Under the pieces are notes generated by a model. The model was not told where the DNA came from. It did not search any database and saw only the letters and a program-made list of their open reading frames with translations. DNA of 64,000 nt, from the NCBI GenBank assembly GCA_965140785.1, contig OZ223481.1, forward strand, positions 256,001 through 320,000, given 5' to 3'. The translations under genes and the position numbers were made by a program. Shown piece after piece: positions 49,027-60,123 of the stretch; the stretch's first letter is position 1; every line of letters begins with the position of its first letter. The DNA comes from an uncultured Ruficoccus sp. GTDB taxonomy: Bacteria > Verrucomicrobiota > Verrucomicrobiia > Opitutales > Cerasicoccaceae.

Positions 49027-49187
49027 CCGGCTAATGTGCAGTATCAGCGCGGCAAATGCCAGCCTTCGCTGGAAATGTCCCGGCGACCCCGGCGGGCGGT
49101 CCCGAGGCAGGGCGCAAGAGCCCCGCGCGCCGGCCCTCTCATTTATGGCGTTGCCCCGCACGGAGGTTATAATGTATTTTGTCCCCA

Positions 49188-51051
49188 ATGAAGCCCCTCG
49201 ATGTGCGTGACTGGCCGAAGCTTGTAAGGCCGGGGAGCCGCGTCTTTATCGGTTCGACGGCCGCCTGCCCCCATGCCCTGGTGGCCTCGATGTTGCAGTG
49301 CCGCGAACGGCTCAGGGATGTCGAGCTGGTGCACATCTTTGTGCTCGGCGGAGCCCCCTGGGCCGATGACAAGTACCGCGACACGTTCAAGGTCAACTGC
49401 TTCTTCCTCAGTACCGGCACCCGCGAGTCGGTCAATGCCGGTTGGAGCGACTACACGCCGAGCTTTCTGAGCGACGTGCCCGCCCTCTTCAAGGAGGCGA
49501 TCCTGCCGCTGGACGTGGCCTTGATCCAGGTCTCCCCGCCGGACCAGATGGGGTTCTGCTCGCTCGGGGTAAGTGTGGATGTCGTGCCCGCCGCTGTGCA
49601 GAGCGCCCGCTGCGTGATCGCTCAGGTCAACCCGAAGATGCCCCGCACCTCGGGCGAAAGCTTCCTCCATATCGATGAGATCGACTACTACCTGGAGGCC
49701 GAAGCCGACCTACCCGAGTGGCACCCGGCTCCCGGTGCTGGCGAGGCGGGTCGTGATCGCCAACTACGTGGCCCAGTTGATCGAGGACGGCAGCACCCTT
49801 CAGCTCGGCGTGGGCAACATTCCCGACCAGGTCTGCCGCGCCCTCAGCGGCCATCAGCACCTCGGCGTGCACACGGAGATGTTCAGCGACGGGGTTATGC
49901 ACCTGATGCAGTCCGGGGTGATTGACAACAGTCGCAAGACCGACCACCGCGGGCATACCGTGTCGTCCTTCTGCATCGGTAGCCGCGAGCTGTACCGCTT
50001 CGTCGATGGCAACCCGCACATCCACTTCTTGCCCACCGAACTGACTAACAACATCACCAATATCGCCCGCAATTCGCAGATGGTGGCGATCAACAGCGCG
50101 GTTGAGGTGGACCTGACCGGGCAGGTGGCCGCCGACTCGATCCGGGGCCGCTTCTACAGCGGTATCGGCGGGATGGTGGACTTCATGCGCGGAGCCGCCC
50201 TGAGCAAAGGCGGCCTGCCCATCATCGCGCTGCCCTCTACTGCCGAGGACGGCAAGACCTCGCGCATTGTGGCGCGTTTGAGTCCGGGGGCGGGCGTAGT
50301 CGGCAGCCGGGCCGACGTGCACTTCGTCATAACCGAATTCGGCATAGCGACCTTACGCGGACGCAGTATCCGCGAGCGTACGCTCGAACTTATTCAGGTC
50401 GCCCATCCGAAGTTTCGGGATGAGCTGTTGCATTTTGCACGCGAACAGTGCTTCGTACCCGCCTATCAAAAGCTCGTGCCGCGCCCCACCCGTGAAATCG
50501 GCGGGGTGGAATTTGAGCGGGTCCGGTTGGCCAATGAAGAATTTGTACTGCGCCCGCTACACCCCTCTGACGAGCGCCGTCTGCAGGAATTTTTCTATTC
50601 GCATACGCCCGAAACCGTCCAGAAACGCTATGGTTATAACATCACCAGCATGACCCGTGAGCGGGCCCACGAGCTGGTTAGTGTCAATCAGGACAAGGAC
50701 CTGGCGCTGGGTATTTTCGAAATCAAGGGCCCGCGGCAGCGAATTCACGCGGTCGGACGCTACTATCTCGACCAGAACGAAGAATCGGCGGAGATCGCCT
50801 TTGTCGTGCGCGAGACCAAGCGCCGGCACGGCATGGGAGGGCTCTTGTTAGGCCGGATGATCGAGATCGCCCGTAAGCGGGGGCTGAGCCAGCTGTGGGC
50901 CTTTGTCTCCCGCAGCAACGACCCCATGCTTCGGCTTTTCTACAAGCACGGTGGCAAAGGCGAAGGGGTAAAGGATCAGGAAGAGATGCGCGTTATTTTT
51001 AATTTGAAAGAAGAAGCGACAGAGTCTCTCCCCTCCGGAAACGATACGTAG
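49188..51051 (+). CDS. Acetyl-CoA hydrolase/CoA-transferase fused to a GNAT domain, apparent frameshift near 49750
   Basis: DVALIQVSPPD..GFCSLG; DGSTLQLGVGNIP, GVHTEM, GIGGMVDF, VITEFGIA; GNAT AEIAFVV...RRHGMG. Confidence 0.85.
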
Positions 51052-51241
51052 ACAATTGCTCGCGAGGTAAGGAAAGTTCCTTATAGATATTAGTGTGATC
51101 CCTATAGATAAATGCGGTGTTGCTTGTGCAAATAGCGATATGCAAAAGGCATGCAGTAGACTAAATGTTAATAAAGGCTTGCTTTAACGTGGGTTCTGGA
51201 TAGCTGTTAATCCTCTAAACGGTATTAACCTAAGTGAAACT

Positions 51242-51625
51242 ATGAGTATTGATAATGAATTAAAGCGTATAGAGAAAGCCGCGGAGAATCTGGCTAAGCA
51301 GAAAAAGAAGCTGATCGAGCAAAAGAAAAAAGAAAAGGCTGCTCACGCTAAATTGGACGCGGTAGTCAAGCAGAGCGGCTTCGATACGCCGAAGGAATTG
51401 GTCGAAGCGCTGATTGAAAAGTACAACATCCGGCTGCACCGCCGCCGCGCCGCCGCCGCGACCCCGTCCGGCCGCCGCAAGCGCACCAAGATCACTCCTG
51501 AGCTGCGCGACCAAGTTAAGGCCAAGCTGAAGGACAGCTCGATGAACAAGGTCTCCAAGGAGATGGAAATCAGCTACGCCGTGATCGCCAAGATCGCGAA
51601 GGGTGCCTACGACAAGGCCAAGTAA
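51242..51625 (+). CDS. Small basic putative nucleoid-associated DNA-binding protein
   Basis: Lys-rich coiled coil, linker RRRAAAATPSGRRKRTKITPELR, C-terminal HTH-like segment; own AT-rich upstream region and terminator. Confidence 0.75.
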   Translation: MSIDNELKRIEKAAENLAKQKKKLIEQKKKEKAAHAKLDAVVKQSGFDTPKELVEALIEKYNIRLHRRRAAAATPSGRRKRTKITPELRDQVKAKLKDSSMNKVSKEMEISYAVIAKIAKGAYDKAK

Positions 51626-51653
51626 CCATCCTCACGCTGGCTCCCGATTTTTC

Positions 51654-51684
51654 ATCCGCAGGTCTTCGGCCCTGCGGATTTTTT
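51654..51684 (+). terminator. Rho-independent terminator
   Basis: ATCCGCAGG-TCTTCGGC-CCTGCGGAT followed by a T run. Confidence 0.88.
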
Positions 51685-51823
51685 ATGGGCATTTCGCTTA
51701 ACCTCTCATGCACAATCTCGCTCATGGTGGATTAATCGAAATGCCTTTGTGCCTCGGCTGCGCGCAACGCGGGTTTTGACAACCGGCTCGGGATGGCATA
51801 GGCTATGCTAACTCTGACTCATC

Positions 51824-52513
51824 ATGCGGCTCGTACTACCGAGATGCAGGCAGCACCTCACCCGCGAGGATGAAAACTTCCTGGCGGAGACGCTGGCTGC
51901 TTCCCCCGCCTCCCGCGAGGCTGTGGCGGAGCTTTTAGCCGATCCGCCCATGCGGGACCTGCTGTTGGACGAGAAGGAGGTTTTCCAGATCTTGCTGGAG
52001 TCGCCGCAGTCCCTGGCGGTGTCCCCGAATCTTTACTTCTACGTCCTCGTGCGCCACAGCCTGAAGGACAACGGCGTGGACGACCGCGAGCTGGCCGACT
52101 ACCTGGCCTCGCTCTTACTGGCTTACCTGATGGAGCGCCAAAGCGGCATGCACGTGCCCTATGTGGGCGAGTGCATGAGCGAGATCGCCGCTTCCGCTGG
52201 GGCGGACCGGTTCTTTCTCGTGGTTGAGCTGGCCGACCGCCTGCTCTTTCTGACCGGAATCTTTCCGGCGCATTTCGAGCATCGGCGGCAGCGGCGCGGG
52301 GCGCCTCCATTGGACTTTTATGAAAACGTCGGCGTGGCCCAGTACCGGACGGCCAGCGGACACGCTCTGGCGCGTGAGTTCTGTCTGGAGCCGATTTTTC
52401 AGGCGCTGGGCGAAGCCTTTCACGAGATCCGTCTCGGGCTCAACCGCATCGGCGACACCCTGGCCTTTACCGGCGACGACGGCCCTTCGCCGGGGCGTTA
52501 CCTGCTTAACTGA
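51824..52513 (+). CDS. Conserved hypothetical protein
   Basis: 229-aa ORF with host-like codon usage; LYFYVLVRH, ADYLA and LFLTGIFP motifs. Confidence 0.75.
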   Translation: MRLVLPRCRQHLTREDENFLAETLAASPASREAVAELLADPPMRDLLLDEKEVFQILLESPQSLAVSPNLYFYVLVRHSLKDNGVDDRELADYLASLLLAYLMERQSGMHVPYVGECMSEIAASAGADRFFLVVELADRLLFLTGIFPAHFEHRRQRRGAPPLDFYENVGVAQYRTASGHALAREFCLEPIFQALGEAFHEIRLGLNRIGDTLAFTGDDGPSPGRYLLN

Positions 52514-52736
52514 TTCTGTAAATAAAGGCCTGTTTAGTGCGGTTTAAATGAAGTCGTGGCCATCGCTCCCTTAACTCTGTGTCTTCGCATCTTTGTGGTG
52601 AAAAAAAGATGAGCTACAGAGAGCACAGAGGATTTTTAAAAGTGAACATCACTGCCATGCGCGTGTTTTTCGATCTTTCCGGCCTTCCTGTTAAAAAAAT
52701 CGAAGAGGAAGCGGATTTCTTTACCAGTAAGGGGGT

Positions 52737-52772
52737 AAAAAAAGACCGCCCGGTTTGTTCGACCGGGCGGTC
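52737..52772 (-). terminator. Rho-independent terminator
   Basis: Minus strand GACCGCCCGGT-loop-ACCGGGCGGTC followed by T7, after the SDR gene. Confidence 0.88.
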
Positions 52773-52805
52773 CGTGCAAAGGGTTGAGTGAAGGGTGCGC
52801 TTCGC

Positions 52806-53594
52806 CTACAGGCGCGGCAGCGTGAGCCCGCCGTCCACCATGATGACCTGACCGGTGGAGTACGGGAAGTCGCCGCGGGCGAGCGAGGTGACAGCCTTGC
52901 CGATGTCGTCCGGGAAGCCCCAGCGGGGCGTTACGCACAGGCCATCGGCAATGAGCTTGTCATACTTTTCCGTTACACCGGCGGTCATGTCGGTCTTGAT
53001 CACGCCGGGGCGCACTTCATAGACCGGGATACCGTACTCGCCCAGGCGCACGGCGAAGAGCTGAGTCGCCATCGACAGGCCGGCCTTGGCCACACAGTAT
53101 TCGCCGCGGTTGATCGAGATGACCGTGGCCGAGATCGAGCTGACGTTGATGATGGCGGCGTGGAAGTTTTCGTCAGCCTCTTTCTGCTCGACCATCCAGC
53201 GGGCGGCGCCCTGCGTGAGGAAGTACGCCCCCTTCAGGTTCGTGCCCACCACGTAGTCGAAGCTCTCTTCGGTGGCCTCGAGTAGGTCGAGCCGTTGCTT
53301 CGGGGCGACCCCGGCGTTGTTGACGAGGACGTTGAGCTTGCCGAAGCTCTCGCGCACGACGGCGAGAATGCCCTCCCGGCTTTCCTTGGAGCCGATGTCG
53401 CCGCGGGCGTAGGCGGTGCGGGCACCGAGGTCCTGCAGAGCCTTGAGCGCGTCGCCGACCGACTCCTCGGGGCGCATGCCGTTGATGACCAGGTCGAATC
53501 CGGCCTTGGCCAGGTGCTCGGCGCAGCCGAAGCCGATGCCACGGCTGCCGCCGGTTACCAGAGCGACGGGTTTGGAGGTGTTGTCAGTTTTCAT
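52806..53594 (-). CDS. SDR family oxidoreductase
   Basis: TGGSRGIG, NNAG, YCVAK, VRPGVIKTDM, VDGG. Confidence 0.93.
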   Translation of the reverse strand: MKTDNTSKPVALVTGGSRGIGFGCAEHLAKAGFDLVINGMRPEESVGDALKALQDLGARTAYARGDIGSKESREGILAVVRESFGKLNVLVNNAGVAPKQRLDLLEATEESFDYVVGTNLKGAYFLTQGAARWMVEQKEADENFHAAIINVSSISATVISINRGEYCVAKAGLSMATQLFAVRLGEYGIPVYEVRPGVIKTDMTAGVTEKYDKLIADGLCVTPRWGFPDDIGKAVTSLARGDFPYSTGQVIMVDGGLTLPRL

Positions 53595-53690
53595 AGCTAA
53601 TGGATGGGTGGTTCAAGTGTGGGTTGTCGCCGGTGCACCGGAAGCAGCTCCATCCATCGCCATGAAAACTGACCGATGGGTGGGCGGCTT

Positions 53691-54639
53691 TTAGCTGCCG
53701 ACGATGTCCTGCAGTTCGCTCAACAGGGTCGGGTCGGCGGGATGGCCGAGCCAGAGCACTTCGCCCTCGGGCGAGATAATGGCGACCTGCGGGATGGAGG
53801 TGATGTTGAGAAGGTCGGAGAGTGGATAGTCCTTGGTTTCGAGCAGCCACTTCAGCGGGGTGCTGGCGATGTTCTGATCGGTGTAAACTTTCGAGGCGGC
53901 AGCCTGGTCCTCCAGGTTGACCGCGGCGAACACGATGCCCTCGGAGGAGTACTCGGCGGCGCGTTCCTTCAGCTCGGGCATGGCGTTCATGCACGGGCCG
54001 CACCAGCTGGCCCAGAAGTCCAGGTAAACGGCCTTCTTACCCCTTGGCCAGATCGGCCAGGGTGACGGTCTTACCCTCTTCGGAGACGACGCCCAGCGGT
54101 TTGTCCATCGGGACGGTCAGGCCGTCCATGAGCTTGGCCTGCCAGTAGTCATTGACCCACTGGCCGGCGACGCCGTTGGCGATTTCTGGCATCTGCACGA
54201 AGGCCTTGCCGATCTCGGTTTCGGCGGACTCGATGTCGCCCTTGTCCCAGCTTTTCTTGGCATCGGCCATGATGATAATGGCGCGGGCGGCGCGGGCGTT
54301 TTCGGAGTTCACGCCGTCTTGTTTTTCAATGCCGGGGATGGCCTTTTCGATGGCGGCGATCTTGGCGGCAGCCTGTTCGTCCATGCCGAGCTGGTAGTAG
54401 GCCATGGTCTCGATCAGGAGCAGTTCGGTGTCGGAAGCACCCTGGCTCTGGAGCTGCTGGAGCTGCTGCTCGATCATGGCCAGGCGCGGGTCCTGCATGC
54501 TGGAGTCGGCGGAGGCTGCGGCCACCGGCGCGTCAGAGGTTTTGGAGGCCGGTGCGGCTTCCTGGGCAAAGACGGGCTGTGAGAGGGAGAAAAGCGTGGC
54601 CGAGGCAACGCCTGCGAGAATGAGAAGCGGTGATTTCAT
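53691..54639 (-). CDS. Exported TlpA-like thiol-disulfide oxidoreductase, apparent +1 frameshift in a G4 run near 54041
   Basis: Removing one G joins the two ORFs as [27 protein letters not shown]; N-terminal signal peptide. Confidence 0.85.
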
Positions 54640-54760
54640 AGGTGATTTTATCCGGTGTTAATGATCGAATGAGCGGAGTACACCTTGCCCATGACGGGGG
54701 TCATGGGCAAGGCTTTCCTCGCGTCGATACTTATGCGGGTGACCGGATAAAGACAAGGAC

Positions 54761-55912
54761 CTACGCCTTCAGTTCCGGCAGTTCGATCCACTGACGGGCG
54801 TCGCTGCTCTTGATGCCGTACTCGGCCAGCTGAACGCCCTTGGCGCCCTCCAGCAGGGTCCAGCGGAAGGGCTCGTCGAGCACCACGTGGCGCAGGAACA
54901 GCTCCCACTGCACCTTGAAGGCGTTGTCGAAGCTCTCCTGCTCGGGCACCTTGCTCCAGCCATTGAAAAAGTCGATGGGCTGCGGAATGTCCGGGTTCCA
55001 GATGGGCTTGGGTGTGTTGCCGTAGTGCTGGATCCACACGTCGCGCAGGCCGACGATGGCGCTGCCCTTGGTGCCGTCCACCTGCATGGTGAGCAGGTCG
55101 TCGCGGCGCACGCGCACGTTCCAGGAGGAGTTGAAGTGGCAGACGACGCCGTTCTCCAGTTCGAAGGTCGAGTAGGCGCTGTCGTCGGCGGTGCACTTGT
55201 AGGGCTTGCCCTGCTCGTCCACGCGCTCGGGGATGTGGGTGGCGGCCAGGCAGGAGACGCTCTTGACCGGGCCGAAGAGGTTGTCGATCACATAGCGCCA
55301 GTGGCAGAGCATATCGACGACCATGCCGCCGCCGTCTTCCTTGCGGTAGTTCCAGGAGGGGCGCTGGGCCGGGATGGTGTGGCCCTCGAAGACCCAGTAG
55401 CCGAACTCGCCGCGCACGCTGAGGATGTCGCCAAAGAAGCCGTTTTCCTTCAGGCGCATGAACTTGAGCATGCCGGGCAACCAGAGCTTGTCCTGCACGA
55501 CGCCGTTCTTGACCCCGGCGTCGCGGCAGATCTTGTACAGCTCGTAGGCGTCCTCGGTCTTGATCGCGGTGGGCTTTTCGCAGTAAACGTGCTTGCCCGC
55601 CTCGGCGGCTTTCTTGACCGCGTCGAAGCGCTGGAGCGTGCCCTGCGAGTCGAAGTAGATCGAGAAGCGCTCGTCGCTCATCACGCTGTCCAGGTCGGTC
55701 GTGTACTCCTTGACGCTGCTGATCTCGGTCAGGTGCTTGAGCTTGTTCTCATTGCGGCCGACCAGGATGGGGTCGGGCATGATGACCTCGTTCGGGCTGA
55801 TCTTGACGCCGCCCTGTTTGATGATCGCGTCGATGGAGCGCAGCAGGTGCTGGTTCGTGCCCATCCGGCCCGTGACGCCGTTCATGATGATACCGACTTT
55901 GTGTGTTTTCAT
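54761..55912 (-). CDS. Gfo/Idh/MocA family oxidoreductase
   Basis: [35 protein letters not shown]. Confidence 0.92.
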   Translation of the reverse strand: MKTHKVGIIMNGVTGRMGTNQHLLRSIDAIIKQGGVKISPNEVIMPDPILVGRNENKLKHLTEISSVKEYTTDLDSVMSDERFSIYFDSQGTLQRFDAVKKAAEAGKHVYCEKPTAIKTEDAYELYKICRDAGVKNGVVQDKLWLPGMLKFMRLKENGFFGDILSVRGEFGYWVFEGHTIPAQRPSWNYRKEDGGGMVVDMLCHWRYVIDNLFGPVKSVSCLAATHIPERVDEQGKPYKCTADDSAYSTFELENGVVCHFNSSWNVRVRRDDLLTMQVDGTKGSAIVGLRDVWIQHYGNTPKPIWNPDIPQPIDFFNGWSKVPEQESFDNAFKVQWELFLRHVVLDEPFRWTLLEGAKGVQLAEYGIKSSDARQWIELPELKA

Positions 55913-55974
55913 CTTAATGTAATGGTTGATTGCTGATTGTTAATTGTTGGAAGTGACTGTTGCCTGTATCCAGA

Positions 55975-56808
55975 TTATGAATACTGAAGGTAGGCGTTCT
56001 TGATCTGGTCGAGGAACTTGTTCTGATCTTCCTTCCACCAGCGGTTGGAGAAAATCTCGACTTCGTTGTAGCCGCTGTAGCCGGTGGCCTCGACCCAGGA
56101 GCGGATCTCACGGATGTTGATCACGCCTTCGCCCATCAGGCCGCGGTCCAGGAGAAAGTCTTCCGTCGGGCTGCGCCAGTCGCAGATGTGAAAGGCGAAG
56201 AGCTTGTCCAGCTCGCCGCAGCGGGCGATTTCGGCCTTGAGCATATCGTCCCACCACAGGTGATACACGTCCACCGCGACGCCGACGTGGTCGTCGTTGA
56301 TGGCTTCGCACATGTCGTTGGCCTGCTTCATCGAGTTGACCGCGGAGCGCTCGGCGGCGTACATCGGATGGAGGGGCTCGATGGCGAGCTTGACGCCCTT
56401 GTCCTTGGCGCGGGGGAGGACGGCGCGGATGCCGTCGGCGATCTGCTGGCGGGCCTCGGGCAGCGGAATGCCGGGCACAGCACCGACGACGAGCACGATC
56501 ATGGGCGCGCCCAGTGCGGCGGCCTCGTCAATGCACGTCTCGTTGTCGGCGATGGCGGCGGCGCGGTCGGCCTCGCTCTTGCCGGGGAAGAAGCCCCCCC
56601 GGCAGTACGAGACGATGTCGAGGCCGTTGTCGCGGATCATTTTCCCGGCGTCGGCGTGGGTCATGTCCTTGACCGCGTCACGCCACACGGTGATGCCGGG
56701 CACGCCCTCGCGGGCAAAACTTTGCACGGTCTGCTTGAGGCTCCAGGGCTTGTGCGTGATGGTGTGGATGCACAGGCGGGAGAAGTCGGTGAAGGGTTTT
56801 ACGCTCAT
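55975..56808 (-). CDS. Sugar phosphate isomerase/epimerase (AP2/xylose-isomerase-like TIM barrel)
   Basis: LAIEPLHP, DVYH, FHICDW, DRGLMGEG, EVEIF. Start MSVKP. Confidence 0.9.
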   Translation of the reverse strand: MSVKPFTDFSRLCIHTITHKPWSLKQTVQSFAREGVPGITVWRDAVKDMTHADAGKMIRDNGLDIVSYCRGGFFPGKSEADRAAAIADNETCIDEAAALGAPMIVLVVGAVPGIPLPEARQQIADGIRAVLPRAKDKGVKLAIEPLHPMYAAERSAVNSMKQANDMCEAINDDHVGVAVDVYHLWWDDMLKAEIARCGELDKLFAFHICDWRSPTEDFLLDRGLMGEGVINIREIRSWVEATGYSGYNEVEIFSNRWWKEDQNKFLDQIKNAYLQYS

Positions 56809-56821
56809 GAGTTGGTATGGG

Positions 56822-57985
56822 TTAAAGATCGGAAGGGCTGTAGGGCTGGAGATTATCCCCGGTCCACAGGCGTTGGGAAGTGAAGGGGCGATCCGGCTCG
56901 GTCCAGAAAGCGTGCGTGGGGTCAAGCCCAAGCGGGAGGAAAATGGTAGAGGCGAGGTAGAGGCTACCGGTGCTGATGTAATGCTGCGCGGCGGCTGGCT
57001 GGTGGCCAACGATCCCCAACTGCAGCCAACCTTCCTCGTCGTAAGTGCCCGGGGCGCTGAGCATGCGGTTCATAACGATAGAGAGGGCGTGGCGCGTCTG
57101 TCCGTAGGGCAGGGCTTTCGGCAGCTCCTTGCGCAGGATGATCTGGCAGAGGGTCTGGAACGCCCCGGTGCGGTAGCACATGGAGCGCCCTGTCAGGGGA
57201 AATGTCCCTTCAGGCGAAATCAACTGCTCCTGCATGAGCGCATAGTGCTGGGCGCGCTTCAGTAGGACGGGCCATTTTTCCTTCCACGCCGGCGGGATAC
57301 GCTCATCATCCCGGTGCCGCAACTGATCGACATTATCCAGCAGCATGGGCTGGATGACGTAGCTGTTGTAGTAGTCCCAGTGGAAGCTGGGGCCGTCGCC
57401 ATACATACCGTCGCCGAGGTAAAATTCCTCGTGGCTGTTGAAGGCATGTTCGATGGGCCCGGGCTGCCAGTCCGCCCCGGCCATGCACAGGAAGCATTCG
57501 ACGGTGGAGGAAAATAGCAGCCAGTTGTTATTGTTGGGTTTGATATTGCGAGTGGCGGCAGCCTCCTTGATGAGTCGCGTGCGGCTAAGCTCATCCAGGC
57601 TGTGCCACAACTGCTGCGGTGCACGGAGCATGGCCTGGCAGAGGAAGGCCGTATCCACTAGTGACTGCCGTTCACCGGAGAAGTTCAGGTAATCCGTTGC
57701 ATCCGGATCGACGGCCCGGGCCAGCCCCTGGCGGGTAAGCTCGCGGAATTCCGCTTGCAGTGTCTGTTCGGCCTGCGGGAAGTCCGCTTCCAGTTCCAGC
57801 CAGGGTGCAATTCCCACCAGCACGCGGGCAACGGCTTCCAGGTGGCTGACGTTTTCACGGGAGTCGGTACACGCGGGAGCTATTTCAACAGGCATCCGCT
57901 CCCGGAGCCGGCCATGGGCCAGGGCTTCGAGGACAGGTCTGGCCATCGTCTGAAGATGGGCCAGCCATAGCGAACGCGTATCCAT
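56822..57985 (-). CDS. DUF2264 protein
   Basis: HLEAVAR, QSLVD, NNWLLF, YLGDGMYGDG, DYYNSYV, GRSMCYR, YISTGSLYL. Confidence 0.88.
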   Translation of the reverse strand: MDTRSLWLAHLQTMARPVLEALAHGRLRERMPVEIAPACTDSRENVSHLEAVARVLVGIAPWLELEADFPQAEQTLQAEFRELTRQGLARAVDPDATDYLNFSGERQSLVDTAFLCQAMLRAPQQLWHSLDELSRTRLIKEAAATRNIKPNNNNWLLFSSTVECFLCMAGADWQPGPIEHAFNSHEEFYLGDGMYGDGPSFHWDYYNSYVIQPMLLDNVDQLRHRDDERIPPAWKEKWPVLLKRAQHYALMQEQLISPEGTFPLTGRSMCYRTGAFQTLCQIILRKELPKALPYGQTRHALSIVMNRMLSAPGTYDEEGWLQLGIVGHQPAAAQHYISTGSLYLASTIFLPLGLDPTHAFWTEPDRPFTSQRLWTGDNLQPYSPSDL

Positions 57986-58040
57986 TTTATTAATACCTAG
58001 AGAGGATGGCGGGAGGCTCCGGGGCGCACTTCTCGCGCAC

Positions 58041-59411
58041 TCAATTAAAGAAGCGGTAGTAGGGCTCGTCCTTGAGCATGCGGGTGACCAGGAGGGCGGC
58101 TTCACGCATGTGGTAGTCGCCCCACATGGAGGACTCGCCGCAGGCGATCTTCTGCCCGGCGGGGACGTGGTCCCAGCCGTTGGGCTCGTGGTAAATGCTG
58201 TGCAGGGTGAGGCCCTGGTGCTTCTCGTCGGTGGAGAGGTAGGGCTCGTCGAGCAGGGTCTTGAGCGAGGTCAGCCCAGCCTGCCAGTAGCGCTCGGCGT
58301 CAGCGGTCTCGCCCTTGTCCTTGAGGTACTTGCCCAGGCGCAGGAGGCCCTGGACGCCGATGGCGGCGGCGGAGGAGTCAACCGGCTCCCAATCGTTGAA
58401 CGGGTCGGCGGGGCGTTCGGTGTAGTTGCCGAGTTGATACAGCTTGGGCGCGCCGGTGTCCCAGTACGGGATGCCGTCGGAGGCGGTGTTGGCGATAAAG
58501 AAATCGTTGGTGGCTTTGGCGGCCTTTAAGAGGAACGCCTCGACCTCGGCGCGACCACCGAGGGGCTCCAGCGCTTCGTCCGGAACCTCGGCGACGAACT
58601 CCAACTGCTCGGGGAAGCCGAGCATGGCCCAAGACAGGCCGCGGGTCCAGGTGGTGAAGCCGGAGAAGCCCTGCTGCGAGTTGGGGCAGCGGAAAGCCCC
58701 GTCGTTGATGTTAAAGATGGCCTCGTGGGCGGTGCGGCCCCACTCGTCGTACTTGTCGCGGCCCTCGCCGTAGAAGACGTTGTAGGCGGCGTTGGAGCGG
58801 GCGTGGTTGAGAGCGCGTTCGAGCAGGTTGATCTCGGCGTCGTTGTCGGTGAGGAGAGAGTGGCCGAGCAGCCAGCTCATTTCAACGGCGCGGATGGTGC
58901 GTACGGTGTCGATGAAGAGCGAGTGCGGCCCGTTAAAGGAGTAGAGGTAGCCGCCCTTGTCGTTGGGGCTCCAGCGCATGGCCTGAACCGCGCCGGAGGC
59001 CTTGAGAGCCATGTCGTAGAAATTCATCTCCCACTCGTTCTGCGGGATTTTGCCCTCGCGCATGAGGCGGCGCAGGTTGCCGTAGGTGGAGACGTTGTTA
59101 AAGCCGTGGTCGTGCACGCCCTTGTGGGTGATGTGCGGGGCCATGACGGCGAGCGTCTGCTCGCGCCCGTAGGTGAGGAAGCTCTCCTCGCCGGTGGCGT
59201 CGAACTGGAGAATGGCCGAGCCGAACTGGAAGCCCTGCGTCCACTCGGTCCAGCCGCGCGTGGTGTACTTGCCCTCGACGGTGAAGACGGGCGAGCCTTG
59301 CGAGGTGTCGTACTCGGCCTCGATCAGCTTGATCTTCTGGCCGGAGATGTCCCAAAAGCGATCCAGCGCCGGTTTCAGCGCCTGGGGGGTGAGAGAGGTG
59401 TCGATGTTCAT
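58041..59411 (-). CDS. GH88-like unsaturated uronyl hydrolase
   Basis: EWTQGF, HDHGF, WTRGLSWA, PYWD, DSSAAAI, WGDYH. Confidence 0.85.
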   Translation of the reverse strand: MNIDTSLTPQALKPALDRFWDISGQKIKLIEAEYDTSQGSPVFTVEGKYTTRGWTEWTQGFQFGSAILQFDATGEESFLTYGREQTLAVMAPHITHKGVHDHGFNNVSTYGNLRRLMREGKIPQNEWEMNFYDMALKASGAVQAMRWSPNDKGGYLYSFNGPHSLFIDTVRTIRAVEMSWLLGHSLLTDNDAEINLLERALNHARSNAAYNVFYGEGRDKYDEWGRTAHEAIFNINDGAFRCPNSQQGFSGFTTWTRGLSWAMLGFPEQLEFVAEVPDEALEPLGGRAEVEAFLLKAAKATNDFFIANTASDGIPYWDTGAPKLYQLGNYTERPADPFNDWEPVDSSAAAIGVQGLLRLGKYLKDKGETADAERYWQAGLTSLKTLLDEPYLSTDEKHQGLTLHSIYHEPNGWDHVPAGQKIACGESSMWGDYHMREAALLVTRMLKDEPYYRFFN

Positions 59412-59498
59412 GAGAAGTTTTTAATGGGTGTTGGTTTAAAAGGGTTGGAGAAAAAGGAGTGGGCGTATCGGAAAGGCGGAACTGCGGGGGCCGTTTGT

Positions 59499-60059
59499 CT
59501 AGAAGCGATTTTCTTTGCGCAGGTGGACGATGATCAGCTCGGAGTCCTCCAGCGCCTCGTAGGAGTGCTCCAAAATGGCGTCGAACTGCACGGCCCGTCC
59601 GGCCTTGACGAGGCGGGTCTCGGAGGGGAGGTTGATCTGGATTTCGCCCTTGAGCACCCAACAGGTCTCGAAGTCGTCGTGGTGCATCTCGGGGCGGGTA
59701 ATGTGGCTGCCCCTGGCCGCGCGACCATAGAACATACTCGCCTTTCCGTAGGTGATGCGGCTAAATACGAAGCCGTCATGCTCGTAACCCTCCGCCTTCA
59801 CCTCGTGCGCGAAGCGCGCCTCGGCCAGTCCGAGCAGCTCCGCCGCGCTCATGCCGAAGACCCGCGCGAGCTTGTAGAGGGTTTCCAGTTCGGCGCTGGA
59901 CTGGTTGCGCTCCAGCTTGGAGATGACCGCCACGGACACGCCCGAGCGCTCGGCCACCTGCCCCAGTGTCAGCGACTCCCGCTTGCGCAGGGCGCGCAGG
60001 ACCGAGAAATCGTAGAGCGGGGCAGATTCGCCCCCGGGACTGGTGGTAAGCGTGGGCAT
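59499..60059 (-). CDS. XRE HTH + cupin transcriptional regulator
   Basis: LRALRKRESLTLGQVAERSGVSVAVISKLERN; cupin H...E..WVLKG...FDAILEHSY. Confidence 0.9.
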   Translation of the reverse strand: MPTLTTSPGGESAPLYDFSVLRALRKRESLTLGQVAERSGVSVAVISKLERNQSSAELETLYKLARVFGMSAAELLGLAEARFAHEVKAEGYEHDGFVFSRITYGKASMFYGRAARGSHITRPEMHHDDFETCWVLKGEIQINLPSETRLVKAGRAVQFDAILEHSYEALEDSELIIVHLRKENRF

Positions 60060-60123
60060 GATTAAATTTTCGCTTGCGATAAAAAATAGATAGTTTCATA
60101 TTGTCAAAGAAAAATTCAAACCC
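60060..60123. promoter_or_regulatory. AT-rich divergent promoter region (regulator / eda)
   Basis: 64-bp AT-rich spacer; TTGACA on the minus strand (60102-60107) and TTGCGA on the plus strand. Confidence 0.5.

Noticed and set aside
52575..52630. CTCTGTG...CACAGAG degenerate inverted repeat
   Set aside because: Only 7 bp pair perfectly and it is a single degenerate copy; too weak to call.
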